A stretch of 64,000 nucleotides of DNA from a candidate division WOR-3 bacterium (GCA_020341755.1 CP070834.1:1749141-1813140); one strand, 5' to 3'. Shown: positions 38,123-50,477, counted from the stretch's first letter. The notes: a model not told the origin generated them from the sequence alone. Numbers and translations are program-made.

Positions 38123-39239
38123 TCAATGCAGGACAATGAAGGTTCGGTGCAGAGTGCCATGATTCCTTGATTTCAACAGATATACGCCGTTCGGCAGGTC
38201 ATCTACATCGATACAGGCCGTGCGCTGGAGCAGGTCCACGGACAAAATTTTAGCGCCGGTCACATCGTAGATATCACATATACCCATTGTGTACTCGGTT
38301 ACTATGGAGAGCCGTGTCCGTGCTGGATTCGGGAGTACGCGGATACAAGACACTGAAGCATCACTGATTTCCTCCATACCGACGATCTGCTCAAAATGCA
38401 CGGTACCTGCCTCACCCGGTTGAGGATTCCCATAGGATCCAGTACCGGCATAACCACCGTATGCAGAAAGCCAGTTTCCAATGGTATCGAGCTGTTGTAC
38501 ATAGAATATCTTGATGCGGCCACCGGCACCGCCGCCACCACCACCAAAGCTCCCGTCACCGCCTGCATTGCCGTCAGCACGCAATCCGCTGTAACGTATC
38601 GTAACTGAGTCGGCACTAATCCGTATTCCACCACCTGAACCACCGCCGCCCGCTTCGAGGCTGCCGTCAAATCCGCGCTCACCAGATACTTTTATCTGTG
38701 CAGTATCGATGATTACACAGACGCCATAAAGGGAAATCATAGCGCCACCATTGCCTCCGATGCCATCGACCGCGCTCAACCGTCCGGCACCGCCGCCAGA
38801 GCCAGGTTCGATCAGGGTATCTGAAAAGTTACCATAGATGGTTCCTCCAGTTCCTCCATACAGATCACCGCCCATACCGCCGTTGCCGCCGTAGGCACCG
38901 CCACCGCCTGCACCGCCGCTCACGCCACCGGCACCTCCACCGCCCGTGCCGTAACCCCAGGGGTGTGCGTTAAGGTAGCCACCAAAAGGACCGCGAGTCG
39001 ATCCAATTATCGATGCTGTATGGACCATGATGCGGGGTGCGATAAGCTCGAGTACCCCAAAACTGTCGGCTGCCATGCTCCATGGTCGTACATACAGTAT
39101 TCCATTATTGCGTATATCGACCAGTACATTGTATTGATGCCGTCCACAGATCGTGAGGCTGTCGTTGTCCACGATCAAACTGTCCGTATCCTCATACACA
39201 TATGAGAGAGCAATGAACACCAATAATACAAAATGCATG
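38123..39239 (-). CDS. glycine-rich secreted protein with T9SS C-terminal sorting domain (Por_Secre_tail-like)
   Basis: The start is at ATG MHFVLLVFIALSYV (signal peptide), preceded by an AGGAGG Shine-Dalgarno. The body has many GGxGG repeats interspersed with short beta-strands. The C-terminal roughly 80 aa (...IRVLPNPARTRLSIV...ICDIYDVTGAKILSV...LPNGVYLLKS...TFIVLH) match the T9SS CTD pattern. Confidence 0.6.
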
Positions 39240-39328
39240 TTTCCTCCTCTGGTATATAATAACAGCCGCGGTATAGATGTCAAGAGGACCATGTTGACAA
39301 TATTTCGTTATTAGATATAATTACTTTT

Positions 39329-40342
39329 ATGTTGCAGGAATTAAGTGAATGTATTGGTGTCAGCGGTGCTGAGAGCAAGGTACGGAACCTAGTCAGGACT
39401 ATAATAGAGCCTGACGTCGACGATATTGTCGAAGATGCCTATGGTAATCTGATAGCACGTCGTGGCAAACACACCGCTGCCAAGATATTGCTTGCTGCGC
39501 ATATGGATGAGGTCGGTTTCATGATTACGGGTATAACCAAGGAAGGTTTTTTGAAGTTTCGGACGATCGGGATCGTCCCCCACGTACTCCTTGCTAAGAA
39601 GGTGATCGTGGGAATAGATGAAATACCGGGTGTTATTGGCCATAAGCCCATACATCAAATGACCGATGACGAGCGGAAAAAGATGCCTGCGATCGATACT
39701 CTCTTTATTGATATTGGAGCTCATAGCAAAGACGATGCCCAGAAAATGGTCCAGGTCGGGACGCACGGAACGTTCGATACCGCATTCAGCCAGGAGGGTG
39801 ATCGGATCTATGGCAAGGCTTTTGACGACAGGATAGGGTGTTATATATTGATCCAGATTATCAAAACGATACAGTGCCCGTGTATGTTTGCATTCACGAC
39901 CCAGGAAGAGGTCGGTCTTCGAGGTGCGCGGATCGCGGCATACACTGCAGCGCCAAAGGTAGCATTGGCCATCGATACCACCGCCTCAGGTGAGTGGCCT
40001 GCCGAGGAGGATATACCGAAGTATCCCGAAATCGGTAAGGGTCCAGTGCTGACCATAGCGGATCGTTCGATCATTGCTGACAGAGAAGTGGTCTCTGTGC
40101 TCGAACAGACAGCACAGGACAATAATATTTCCTATCAGTATAAGAAACCGGGTATTGGCGGTACTGATGCGGGCGCAATACATGTCAGCAGGGAAGGGGT
40201 ACGTGCGGCAGTAGTTCAGACTGCGGCACGATACATACACTCGCCGCTGTCAATTGCTTCGATGCAGGATATTAATGATAATATTTCGTTGGTTAGGGCA
40301 ACGGTGGAACGCATACACGCTGAAGGAGCCCGATGGAACTAA
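39329..40342 (+). CDS. M42-family metallopeptidase (glutamyl aminopeptidase/FrvX-like)
   Basis: The 337-aa ORF has the LLAAHMDEVGFMITGI (HxDE) motif and the layout of M42 proteins. Confidence 0.7.
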   Translation: MLQELSECIGVSGAESKVRNLVRTIIEPDVDDIVEDAYGNLIARRGKHTAAKILLAAHMDEVGFMITGITKEGFLKFRTIGIVPHVLLAKKVIVGIDEIPGVIGHKPIHQMTDDERKKMPAIDTLFIDIGAHSKDDAQKMVQVGTHGTFDTAFSQEGDRIYGKAFDDRIGCYILIQIIKTIQCPCMFAFTTQEEVGLRGARIAAYTAAPKVALAIDTTASGEWPAEEDIPKYPEIGKGPVLTIADRSIIADREVVSVLEQTAQDNNISYQYKKPGIGGTDAGAIHVSREGVRAAVVQTAARYIHSPLSIASMQDINDNISLVRATVERIHAEGARWN

Positions 40343-41337
40343 TTAAACACTTATGCAATACCTATGGTCCGGCGGGTCGTGAAGACCGCGTTCGGGATAT
40401 CATCGAGAAGGAGATCAAGAACTACTGCCAGCATATTGAGGTTGACCGGCTGGGCAATCTCATCGCGCACGTCTCTCCGAAGCCGCGAAAAAAATCAGAC
40501 GAAAAAATCATGCTGTGCGCTCATATGGATGAGATCGGTCTGATCGTTACCCATGTAGATGAGAGTGGTTTCTGTCGGTTTACGAGTATTGGTGGTGTAT
40601 TTCCCCAGCGGATCTTATATGAAAGGGTGATATTTGAAAATGATGTTGTCGGTGTTATTGGTGTCGAGACGAAACCAGAAACACCCATACCTCCGCGCAT
40701 GGATAATATGTTCATCGATATCGGCGCCCGGAGTAAAGATCAGGCACTCAAAATGGTACAGATTGGCGATATTGCTGCTTTTTACCAGCAGCCGCATATC
40801 ATCGATAATCGCCTCATCGGCAAGGCGCTGGATGATCGACTCGGCTGTTACTGTTTAATTGAGGTGATGAAGTCGATAAAAAAGCCTTCGGATGATCTAT
40901 ATTTCGTGTTCACGGTACAGGAAGAGGTTGGGTGCCGCGGAGCAAAAACGGGGGCATTCAGCATCGGACCAAAATACGCTGTTGCTGTGGATATGACGAT
41001 CACCGGAGATACTCCCGGGTGTCCGAAAATGGAAATGGCACTCGGAAAAGGCGTTGCCATTAAAATAAAGGATTATGCTTTCATCGCTCACCCGAAGATC
41101 AAAGATGCCCTGGTCGACCACGCGAAGGCATTGAAGGTTCCCTTTCAGCTGGAGATTCTTGAGAGAGGAACTACAGATGCGTCCGTCATTCAACTCGCAA
41201 AAGAAGGCGTACAGAGCGGGGTCATCAGCATCCCGGGACGCTACATACATTCTGTCAATGAAATGTGCGACCTCGCTGATGTCGAGGGAGCCATCAAGGT
41301 CCTGACCAGGGTATGCGAGAAAGGCATAGGATCATGA
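40333..41337 (+). CDS. M42-family metallopeptidase, tandem paralog
   Basis: The 334-aa ORF has LCAHMDEIGLIVTHV and the same architecture as the upstream gene. It overlaps that gene by 10 nt. Confidence 0.7.
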   Translation: MELIKHLCNTYGPAGREDRVRDIIEKEIKNYCQHIEVDRLGNLIAHVSPKPRKKSDEKIMLCAHMDEIGLIVTHVDESGFCRFTSIGGVFPQRILYERVIFENDVVGVIGVETKPETPIPPRMDNMFIDIGARSKDQALKMVQIGDIAAFYQQPHIIDNRLIGKALDDRLGCYCLIEVMKSIKKPSDDLYFVFTVQEEVGCRGAKTGAFSIGPKYAVAVDMTITGDTPGCPKMEMALGKGVAIKIKDYAFIAHPKIKDALVDHAKALKVPFQLEILERGTTDASVIQLAKEGVQSGVISIPGRYIHSVNEMCDLADVEGAIKVLTRVCEKGIGS

Positions 41338-42089
41338 AGAGAGGGTATTCGGTTATTATAACCGCGACAGATTCGGTGGCGTCAAGGCATATTTTTATTT
41401 CACGCATGGGACTCAAGATCATACTTGGCGTGGGGATTCTTCTTGTCATTGCTGCAGTGATCGCGGCTGCCTATTACTCGGTCGTGTACTATCAGGCGCT
41501 TCAGTCGGTCATGCTTCGCAGGCGAAATGCCGAGATAGAACAGGAATTCGCGAAACTTCAGGAGATAAAGGATAATCTGGAGATCGTTGAGCAGAATAAT
41601 CGTAAACTGAAGGTCATGCTGGGGATCGACAAGACGCCGCCATCGGTTAAACCGTATATCGACAGCGTTATCCCGGATTATTCAAATACCATCAATATGA
41701 TCGTAGAAAAAGAGGAAAATATACCATCGCTACTTCCGACCCTTGGTCAGATATCAAGGAATTACAGCCCTGAACACGAGGGTATCGATATTGCTGCTCC
41801 GCGCTTCTCGCCGGTCGTTGCTGCGGCATCTGGTTTTGTCGGTGATGCTGGATGGGACGCGGTGTATGGCAATTATGTCGTCATCGAACACGACGCGAAT
41901 TATTCGACTTTCTATGGACACCTTCACTCGATAGGTGTCAGACAGGGTGAAAAGATAACCAGCGGTACGGTCGTAGGCACGATCGGCTCGACCGGTCGCT
42001 CGACATCCCCGCACTTGCATTATGAAGTACGTTTCCGCGGTGAGCCAGTCGATCCCATGGGTTACCTGCAATTACTAGTACCCTTGTAA
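41334..42089 (+). CDS. M23-family peptidase (LytM-type)
   Basis: The ORF has an N-terminal TM segment and a coiled-coil region. The C-terminal HEGIDIAAP...GNYVVIEHDANYSTFYGHLHS...GSTGRSTSPHLHYEVR matches the HxxxD and HxH motifs. Confidence 0.75.
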   Translation: MKRGYSVIITATDSVASRHIFISRMGLKIILGVGILLVIAAVIAAAYYSVVYYQALQSVMLRRRNAEIEQEFAKLQEIKDNLEIVEQNNRKLKVMLGIDKTPPSVKPYIDSVIPDYSNTINMIVEKEENIPSLLPTLGQISRNYSPEHEGIDIAAPRFSPVVAAASGFVGDAGWDAVYGNYVVIEHDANYSTFYGHLHSIGVRQGEKITSGTVVGTIGSTGRSTSPHLHYEVRFRGEPVDPMGYLQLLVPL

Positions 42090-42092
42090 GGA

Positions 42093-43055
42093 GTGAAGAT
42101 GAAAATACTCATAACCGGCATATCGGGTTTCACCGGAAGTCATCTTGCTGAATATTTTCTTAACAAGGGGCAGGATGAGCTGCACGGGACCATACGGTGG
42201 CGTTCCGATCTCCAGAATATCGTACATATACGCCGGAACCTTGTGCTGCATGAATGCGACATCACTGATGCATCAGCTGTGAAGAGCGTTATCCTGCAGG
42301 TAAAACCGGATCAGATATTCCATCTGGCGGCACAGAGTTATGTACCTTTTTCCTGGCGTGCTCCGCATCAGACGCTGAGTACCAATATACTCGGTGAGCT
42401 GAATCTCTTCGAAGCGCTCCGGCAGACCAAGATGGAATCGCTGGTCCATATTGCGGGGTCGAGCGAAGAGTATGGACTGGTGCATCCCGAAGAGATACCT
42501 ATCAAGGAGACGAATGCCCTCCGTCCACTGAGTCCGTACGGCGTCAGCAAGGTAGCCCAGGATCTCCTCGGGTACCAGTATTTTAAAAGTTATGGATTAC
42601 CGATTATCCGCACGAGGGCATTCAATCATGAAGGACCTCGGCGGGGTGAGGTGTTTGTAACCTCCACGTTCTCCAAGCAGATCGTCGAGATAGAGAAGGG
42701 CAAAAAGGACCCGGTGATACATGTCGGAAACCTGAATGCTGTCCGAGATTACCTGGATGTTCGTGATGTTGTCAGGGCGTATGCGCTTGCTCTTTCCAAG
42801 GGTTCCCCCGGTGAAGTGTATAATATCTGCAGCGGTGAGGGCATAAAGATCGAAGATATGCTCAAGAAACTATTGTCACTCTCACGGGTAGAGGTGAAGA
42901 TAGAAAAGGATCCTGCCCGGATGAGACCATCAGACGTTGAACTGCTCGTCGGATCATCGGAAAAATTCCGGCAGGCAACCGGTTGGGAACCGGAAATCCC
43001 ATTCATGCAAACACTACAGGACCTACTGGACTATTGGCGGGCGAGAATATCGTGA
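42093..43055 (+). CDS. GDP-mannose 4,6-dehydratase family protein (GMD/Rmd clade)
   Basis: The 320-aa ORF starts MKILITGISGFTGSHL, has a YxxxK (SPYGVSKVAQDL) and the family-specific FNHEGPRRGEVFVT motif. The GNLNAVRDYLDVRDVVRAY segment is closer to Rmd-type reductases than to the RDWGHAKDYV of GMD. Confidence 0.6.
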   Translation: MKMKILITGISGFTGSHLAEYFLNKGQDELHGTIRWRSDLQNIVHIRRNLVLHECDITDASAVKSVILQVKPDQIFHLAAQSYVPFSWRAPHQTLSTNILGELNLFEALRQTKMESLVHIAGSSEEYGLVHPEEIPIKETNALRPLSPYGVSKVAQDLLGYQYFKSYGLPIIRTRAFNHEGPRRGEVFVTSTFSKQIVEIEKGKKDPVIHVGNLNAVRDYLDVRDVVRAYALALSKGSPGEVYNICSGEGIKIEDMLKKLLSLSRVEVKIEKDPARMRPSDVELLVGSSEKFRQATGWEPEIPFMQTLQDLLDYWRARIS

Positions 43056-43972
43056 AAGTCGTCTTTGTGACAGGGTGCGAGGGTTTTGTCGGGTCATATC
43101 TGGTCAAGGCATTGCGTGAATCACTCTACAAGGTCGAGGCGACATGCTATCCCTTACTCCTGCCCAAGGAAGGAACGTGCAAACCACTGGACGTATTGAA
43201 CCCCGATATGACGAAGGAAGCACTCAAGGAGTCAGAGCCAGATGTAGTATTCCATCTCGCTGCGGTGAGTTCTGTTTCCAAATCGATACGGGATGCGGCA
43301 TTAACCTACGATACCAATATCATGGGGACCGTGAACCTCCTGGAAGCTGTAAAAGGATTGGAAAAGAAAGTGCGCTTCATATTCATTTCGACGTGTGAGG
43401 TGTACGGTGATGGTGGTGGAGATATCACAGAAGATGCACCCATCGTTCTCAATAATCCGTATGCCGTCAGTAAATATGCAGCGGAATTAGTGTGCCGGGA
43501 TTATGTCAGGCAGGGATTTGATTGCGTTATCCTGAGGGCATTCACGCACACCGGACCAGGACAGGCACGCGGTTTCGTACTGCCCCATATCGCTGCCCAG
43601 GTGGCAGAGATCGAGAAAAACAAACGACCGCCACTCGTTGAACTCGGCAATATCGACGTAATGAGGGAGTTCATGAACATCGCGGATGTAATGAGCGCGT
43701 ACGTGAAGGCCATCGATGTCTGTGAGGCGGGGAGGGTTTACAATGTAGCTTCAGGACAGGGATACAGCATACGTACTGCCGTTGACATATATAAGGAACT
43801 GGCAAAGACACCGTTCGAGGTGAAGACACAACCGTCGAAAATCCGTCCGAATGATACTCCTCGACTGATCGGTAATGGAAAGAGGTTCATGGAAGCGACC
43901 GGCTGGCAACCACAGTACCGATTTGAAAAGACCATTGAAGATCTTCTTAATTATTGGCGCGCAAAAGTATAG
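43052..43972 (+). CDS. NAD-dependent epimerase/dehydratase, divergent GMD/Rmd-family paralog
   Basis: The GTG start overlaps the upstream stop as GTGA. The N-terminal VFVTGCEGFVGSYL, the PYAVSKYAAE (YxxxK) and FTHTGPGQARGFV (a variant of NHESPRRG) are all present. Confidence 0.5.
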   Translation: MKVVFVTGCEGFVGSYLVKALRESLYKVEATCYPLLLPKEGTCKPLDVLNPDMTKEALKESEPDVVFHLAAVSSVSKSIRDAALTYDTNIMGTVNLLEAVKGLEKKVRFIFISTCEVYGDGGGDITEDAPIVLNNPYAVSKYAAELVCRDYVRQGFDCVILRAFTHTGPGQARGFVLPHIAAQVAEIEKNKRPPLVELGNIDVMREFMNIADVMSAYVKAIDVCEAGRVYNVASGQGYSIRTAVDIYKELAKTPFEVKTQPSKIRPNDTPRLIGNGKRFMEATGWQPQYRFEKTIEDLLNYWRAKV

Positions 43973-44008
43973 TTTCATCTTTCCCTAGCGCGTTCATTAT
44001 TATGCAGT

Positions 44009-45121
44009 ATGCATGACCACCGTTCAATGACAATACTGGTTATCAACTGGCAGGATTGGGAGAACCCGTATGCCGGTGGTGCTGAGGTCTATCTGTACGA
44101 GATATTTTCCCGCATCGCACGACGCGGGCATCGAATCCTGCTGCTGGCAAGCCGAGCCGAAGGCCAAAAGCGGTATGAGACCCGTGATGGATTTGAAATA
44201 TACCGTATAGGCAAACGACAAAATTTCAACTTCTATGTGCCGTACGCTCTCCGCTGGCTCCTCAGAAAATATCCGGTCGATGTTGTGATCGACGACCTGA
44301 ATAAAATACCGTTCTATTCACCACTGTTCACGAAGAAGAAGGTCGTACCGATGATCATGCATCTTTTCCGTGATGCTATTTACCGGGAAGCTGACCCTCT
44401 GTCTGCCAGTTATGTATTCCTGACCGAAAGGATCATCCCTGTCTGTTATCCGCACTCAGAATTCATTGCCATTTCGCGGAGCACTGCCGAAGACCTTGAA
44501 GCGATCGGTGTCCGCAACAAGATACACATTGTGCACAGCGGGGTTCTGCCGGTGAAATCCGCGAGGAGGTACCGACATCAGAAGAATCTCGTTGTGTACG
44601 TGGGTCGCGTCAAAAAATATAAATCGATCGATCATTTCATTGAAGCCCTGGGATTGGTCCGGAAACACAAGAACGTACGTGCGATGATAGTCGGTGACGG
44701 CGATGCCCGGCATAATCTTATGGATTATGCTGCCAGACGCAATATTGAAATTACGTTCACCGGTTTTGTCAGCGAACAAGAGAAATGTCGAATATATCAA
44801 GAGGCTCGTGTCGTTGTGCAACCATCCATGAAAGAAGGGTGGGGATTGACCACGATAGAGGCGCAATCACTGGGTACACCAGTCGTATGTGCCGATGCAC
44901 CCGGACTGCGCGAAGCCGTCGTCAACGGTTCCACCGGGTATCTCTATCCGTATGGTGATATCGAAGTCCTGGCCGAACGCATCCTGGTATTACTCGAGGA
45001 TGATGCGACATGGAAGCGATTTTCCCGTGCCGCCGCCAGGTGGGCTGAGAACTTCTCCTGGGACGGCTCGGCACGAAAACTCGAGAACATACTCGAACAG
45101 ATAGTCAGCAAACGACCGTAG
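44009..45121 (+). CDS. glycosyltransferase family 4
   Basis: The 370-aa ORF has the C-terminal EGWGLTTIEAQSLGTPVVCADAPGLREAVVNGSTGYL, matching the GT4 E-x7-E region. Confidence 0.7.
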   Translation: MHDHRSMTILVINWQDWENPYAGGAEVYLYEIFSRIARRGHRILLLASRAEGQKRYETRDGFEIYRIGKRQNFNFYVPYALRWLLRKYPVDVVIDDLNKIPFYSPLFTKKKVVPMIMHLFRDAIYREADPLSASYVFLTERIIPVCYPHSEFIAISRSTAEDLEAIGVRNKIHIVHSGVLPVKSARRYRHQKNLVVYVGRVKKYKSIDHFIEALGLVRKHKNVRAMIVGDGDARHNLMDYAARRNIEITFTGFVSEQEKCRIYQEARVVVQPSMKEGWGLTTIEAQSLGTPVVCADAPGLREAVVNGSTGYLYPYGDIEVLAERILVLLEDDATWKRFSRAAARWAENFSWDGSARKLENILEQIVSKRP

Positions 45122-45130
45122 GGAGGTATC

Positions 45131-47371
45131 GTGAGATACAGCATAGCAGTGTGTACTATTCTCGTTATTGCTGGTGTGCTCGGTGCAGCTGAAGGGGATT
45201 TCGATCGGGGGGAGGCGGCATACGAGCAGGGTGCCTATCGAAGCGCTGAAGTCTTTTTTCAGAATATTTTGAGGGAGGATCCCCATCATGCACATGTGCC
45301 CGATGCCATTTTCTATTTGGTGAACATTCACCAATATCGTGGAAACATACCCGCTTTTCTCGCCTGGGCACAGCGTTTCCTCAATGAATGCCCGTACGAC
45401 AAACGGCGCCAGGACGTATTCACGCGTGTCATTCAGAAACTTATTGAGCGTAGCGCACATACTCTTGCCTGCGAATTCATAGAGCAGTATGATTTTTTCG
45501 TGATCGACCAGAAAACGCTCGAGGACATCGGATTTGGACTCCTGCAGCAGAACGAGTTAGAACTCGCTGATAGCGTGTTCGCTCTGTGCGTGCCATCTGA
45601 CACCATACACATCCTGCGGGCACGCCTCGCCGATACGGATGAAAAGCGACGGCATTATTACGAACTCGTGGGCGGAGCGAAAGGCAGCCTGTACATCATC
45701 GAAATGCTGCTTGCCCAGGGCGATACCCTGCAGGCATTCGATATGTTCCGCACCGTCGATCGAGAGAACATCCGCGATGATGTACTCATCAGGTATGCGC
45801 CTGTCGCGCTGTTGTACGATAAGGTGTATTTCACTGCTCTCTGTGAACGTCTCGAACAAATGCCAGAGTATCGGCAAAAGGCAGTACTGCTAAAAGCGCT
45901 GCTGGATGGGACATTCGACCGGTCGATCATACCGCAAGATTATCACGAATGCTCATTATATGTTGCAGCCATGCAGCAGGATACATTCCAGCAAGAAGCC
46001 ATTCCAGGATTTCCGGGAGACAGCATAGCACTGGACAGCATACTCGTCATGAAATCACAGTACGGTTCTCATTTTGTGCTGGATTCTTTGCACGCCGAGA
46101 GGCTTTTGATGCTGGGCGATACAACCACAGCATCACGCATGATCGCTCCCTATGTAGGATATGTGAATACGTCCAGGTATGCGCGTATCATCCAGGGTAT
46201 GGAATTATTTAATAAAAATGATTACCGGCGGGCAGCTACCCATTTTATCCTCGCCGAGGTCGAGGAACCACATGTTCGGTTCATGCTGGCACAGGCTCTG
46301 ACTAGGCTGGGCATGGATGCTGAATACTTGTATGAGGAGGTGCTGCATGTGGCGCAGCCACAGGATACCATACTCAGGGCGGCGGCAACCAGGGAATTGA
46401 TCGAACGGCAGTATACTCGTGGAGCGTATGACCGGGTGATTGCCTATGATCCCAACATGTTTATGGTGGGTTCAGATGACGCCTGGGTACTCGGGTTGTA
46501 CACACGCAGTCTAGCACGAATGGGGGAACTGGAGCGGGCCGACATGGTCTATTCGGAATTTATCCAGGACACGTATGACCACGATGTGTTGATGAGTGAC
46601 TACGGTGAATATCTCATCGAGGCAAAGAATTTTAAAAAAGCCAGGGTCTATTATGACTCGCTCGTCCAAGCAACAGGCAGGTCTCCAATTTTTTTGTATA
46701 ACTGGGCTCTTGTACCGTTCATGCAGGGTGCTGTGGATACTGCACAGGCACGGTTCACGTTCCTTCTCGAGAACTATCCAGGTTCTGAAGATTATCAGCG
46801 GGCTGCGTTCAAGCTTGCGACGATGCTATATCTTGAAGAGCAATTCGATTCTGCTGCAGTTCTTTATGGCACAGCCCGAGAAGATAGTACGCTCGCCCGT
46901 GACGCGCTGCGCAATCAACTCATCTGCTACAAGAAATCCGGTTCGTGGTTCAAGGTCGTCAAGACCGGTCAGGAGATACTGGCTGCAGAATTGTACGAAG
47001 AGGAACATGAAACGCGATTCGATATCGGGTATGCCTGGCTGCGGGCAGGACGCCCAGAGCGGGCTGTCGAGCATTTGCTGACCGCATCCCGTACTCACCC
47101 CTCACCAGAATATTATTACTGGCTTGCAGAGGCTTACCTTGCGAGAGCCGATTTCGGCAACGCATTATATTTCTACCGGATGATAGTCGATGTATTCCCG
47201 GGTGATGAGATGTGGACACCCACGGCGTGGTACAAGACCGGCATCGTGCTTGAATTCATGGATGCCGAGGATGAAGCAAAGGCTGTGTACCGTCATATCA
47301 TTAAAACCCGCGGTGCGGCTGATACCTGGGGCGTTGAAGCCCGACGCCGTATCGAGTACATGGAGCAGTGA
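45131..47371 (+). CDS. secreted TPR-repeat protein
   Basis: The 746-aa ORF has a GTG start with GGGAGG upstream, and a signal peptide MRYSIAVCTILVIAGVLGAAEG. The TPR-like helical repeats run throughout. Confidence 0.55.
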   Translation: MRYSIAVCTILVIAGVLGAAEGDFDRGEAAYEQGAYRSAEVFFQNILREDPHHAHVPDAIFYLVNIHQYRGNIPAFLAWAQRFLNECPYDKRRQDVFTRVIQKLIERSAHTLACEFIEQYDFFVIDQKTLEDIGFGLLQQNELELADSVFALCVPSDTIHILRARLADTDEKRRHYYELVGGAKGSLYIIEMLLAQGDTLQAFDMFRTVDRENIRDDVLIRYAPVALLYDKVYFTALCERLEQMPEYRQKAVLLKALLDGTFDRSIIPQDYHECSLYVAAMQQDTFQQEAIPGFPGDSIALDSILVMKSQYGSHFVLDSLHAERLLMLGDTTTASRMIAPYVGYVNTSRYARIIQGMELFNKNDYRRAATHFILAEVEEPHVRFMLAQALTRLGMDAEYLYEEVLHVAQPQDTILRAAATRELIERQYTRGAYDRVIAYDPNMFMVGSDDAWVLGLYTRSLARMGELERADMVYSEFIQDTYDHDVLMSDYGEYLIEAKNFKKARVYYDSLVQATGRSPIFLYNWALVPFMQGAVDTAQARFTFLLENYPGSEDYQRAAFKLATMLYLEEQFDSAAVLYGTAREDSTLARDALRNQLICYKKSGSWFKVVKTGQEILAAELYEEEHETRFDIGYAWLRAGRPERAVEHLLTASRTHPSPEYYYWLAEAYLARADFGNALYFYRMIVDVFPGDEMWTPTAWYKTGIVLEFMDAEDEAKAVYRHIIKTRGAADTWGVEARRRIEYMEQ

Positions 47372-47372
47372 T

Positions 47373-47900
47373 ATGAAGAAGGGATATTTGAACATGACGC
47401 GCATGTCTCTTTTTAAAACATGGGTTGGTATAGTAGGTTTGTGCTTCGTATTCTCATGGTGGATGTCGTGTTGCGGTTATTCGACCAGGTCATTACTGCC
47501 CGCACATCTGCAGACCGTGCACATTTCGTTATTCACCAATAAAACCCTGAAGGCAGGACTAGATGAGCTGGCCACGAACCAGGTCATACGTGCATTCGGG
47601 AGCGGGAGCAACCTTCGTATTACGGATAAACAGAATGCGGATCTTGTCATCGAAGGGGACGTGTCGGGATTTTCCAAAACCCCGTATACGTACACCAGTG
47701 ACCAGAACGTGATCGATTATAAGATCGCGATCACATTCAAAGTACGATGTGTTGATGTAGCACGTAACGATATTTTCTGGGAAGGTGCGGTTTCGGAATG
47801 GGCAACGTATGCAGCCGATGCCGATGAAGACGGCGCGATCGATGAAGCAATGAAAAAAACTGCCGAACTGCTCGTGGTGACGATCTTAACGAACTGGTGA
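47373..47900 (+). CDS. lipoprotein, LptE-like
   Basis: The start is at the ATG 2 nt after the upstream stop, followed by a signal peptide with WWMSCCGY. The arrangement CGY...LQTVHISLF...VIRAFGS...DYKIAITFKVR parallels E. coli LptE (CGWHLR...KVMIL...EYQMIMTV). Confidence 0.4.
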   Translation: MKKGYLNMTRMSLFKTWVGIVGLCFVFSWWMSCCGYSTRSLLPAHLQTVHISLFTNKTLKAGLDELATNQVIRAFGSGSNLRITDKQNADLVIEGDVSGFSKTPYTYTSDQNVIDYKIAITFKVRCVDVARNDIFWEGAVSEWATYAADADEDGAIDEAMKKTAELLVVTILTNW

Positions 47901-47930
47901 TTCCATGAGACGGCATGCGAGGAGAGGAGT

Positions 47931-49913
<1,983 letters not shown>

Positions 49914-49945
49914 CACGGTGCCCATGCTTCAGTGCTGTAGTGTAA

Positions 49946-50458
49946 ATGGAATACCTGGTTATCCTGGCTGTTGTCTTCATTGGCTATGTCGTGTGGAAAT
50001 ACTGGGCGCTGTTGATCGGTGCCGGATATGATCCAACGCCCATGGATAAAGTGTACAAAATGCTGAACATAGCCCGGACTACAAAGGATGATATCGTGTA
50101 TGACCTGGGAAGTGGCGACGGCAGGATCGTTATCGCGGCTGCAAAGCACTTCGGTGCACAAGCCCATGGTATCGAGGCCGATCCATTCAGGTTCTTGTTC
50201 TCGTGGTGCTGGGTGCTGCTATCGGGTCAGTCAGGACGCGTGCACCTCCATTTCGGGAATTTTCATAAGAAACACATCAGCGATGCGACCGTGGTGACGC
50301 TCTTTTTGTACAAAACGGCGAATGAACGATTGAAGGATAAATTGAAAAACGAGTTGAACCCGGGAACACGCATCGTCAGTTATGTTTGGCAATTCGAGGG
50401 ATGGGACAGGGAGGCGTGCCTGGTCGATGACAGGATATATCTGTATCTGATCAGGTAG
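49946..50458 (+). CDS. class I SAM-dependent methyltransferase, membrane-anchored
   Basis: The 170-aa ORF has an N-terminal TM helix and the motif I VYDLGSGDGRIVIAAA. Confidence 0.6.
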   Translation: MEYLVILAVVFIGYVVWKYWALLIGAGYDPTPMDKVYKMLNIARTTKDDIVYDLGSGDGRIVIAAAKHFGAQAHGIEADPFRFLFSWCWVLLSGQSGRVHLHFGNFHKKHISDATVVTLFLYKTANERLKDKLKNELNPGTRIVSYVWQFEGWDREACLVDDRIYLYLIR

Positions 50459-50477
50459 CTGCGACCATGTTCTTGAT

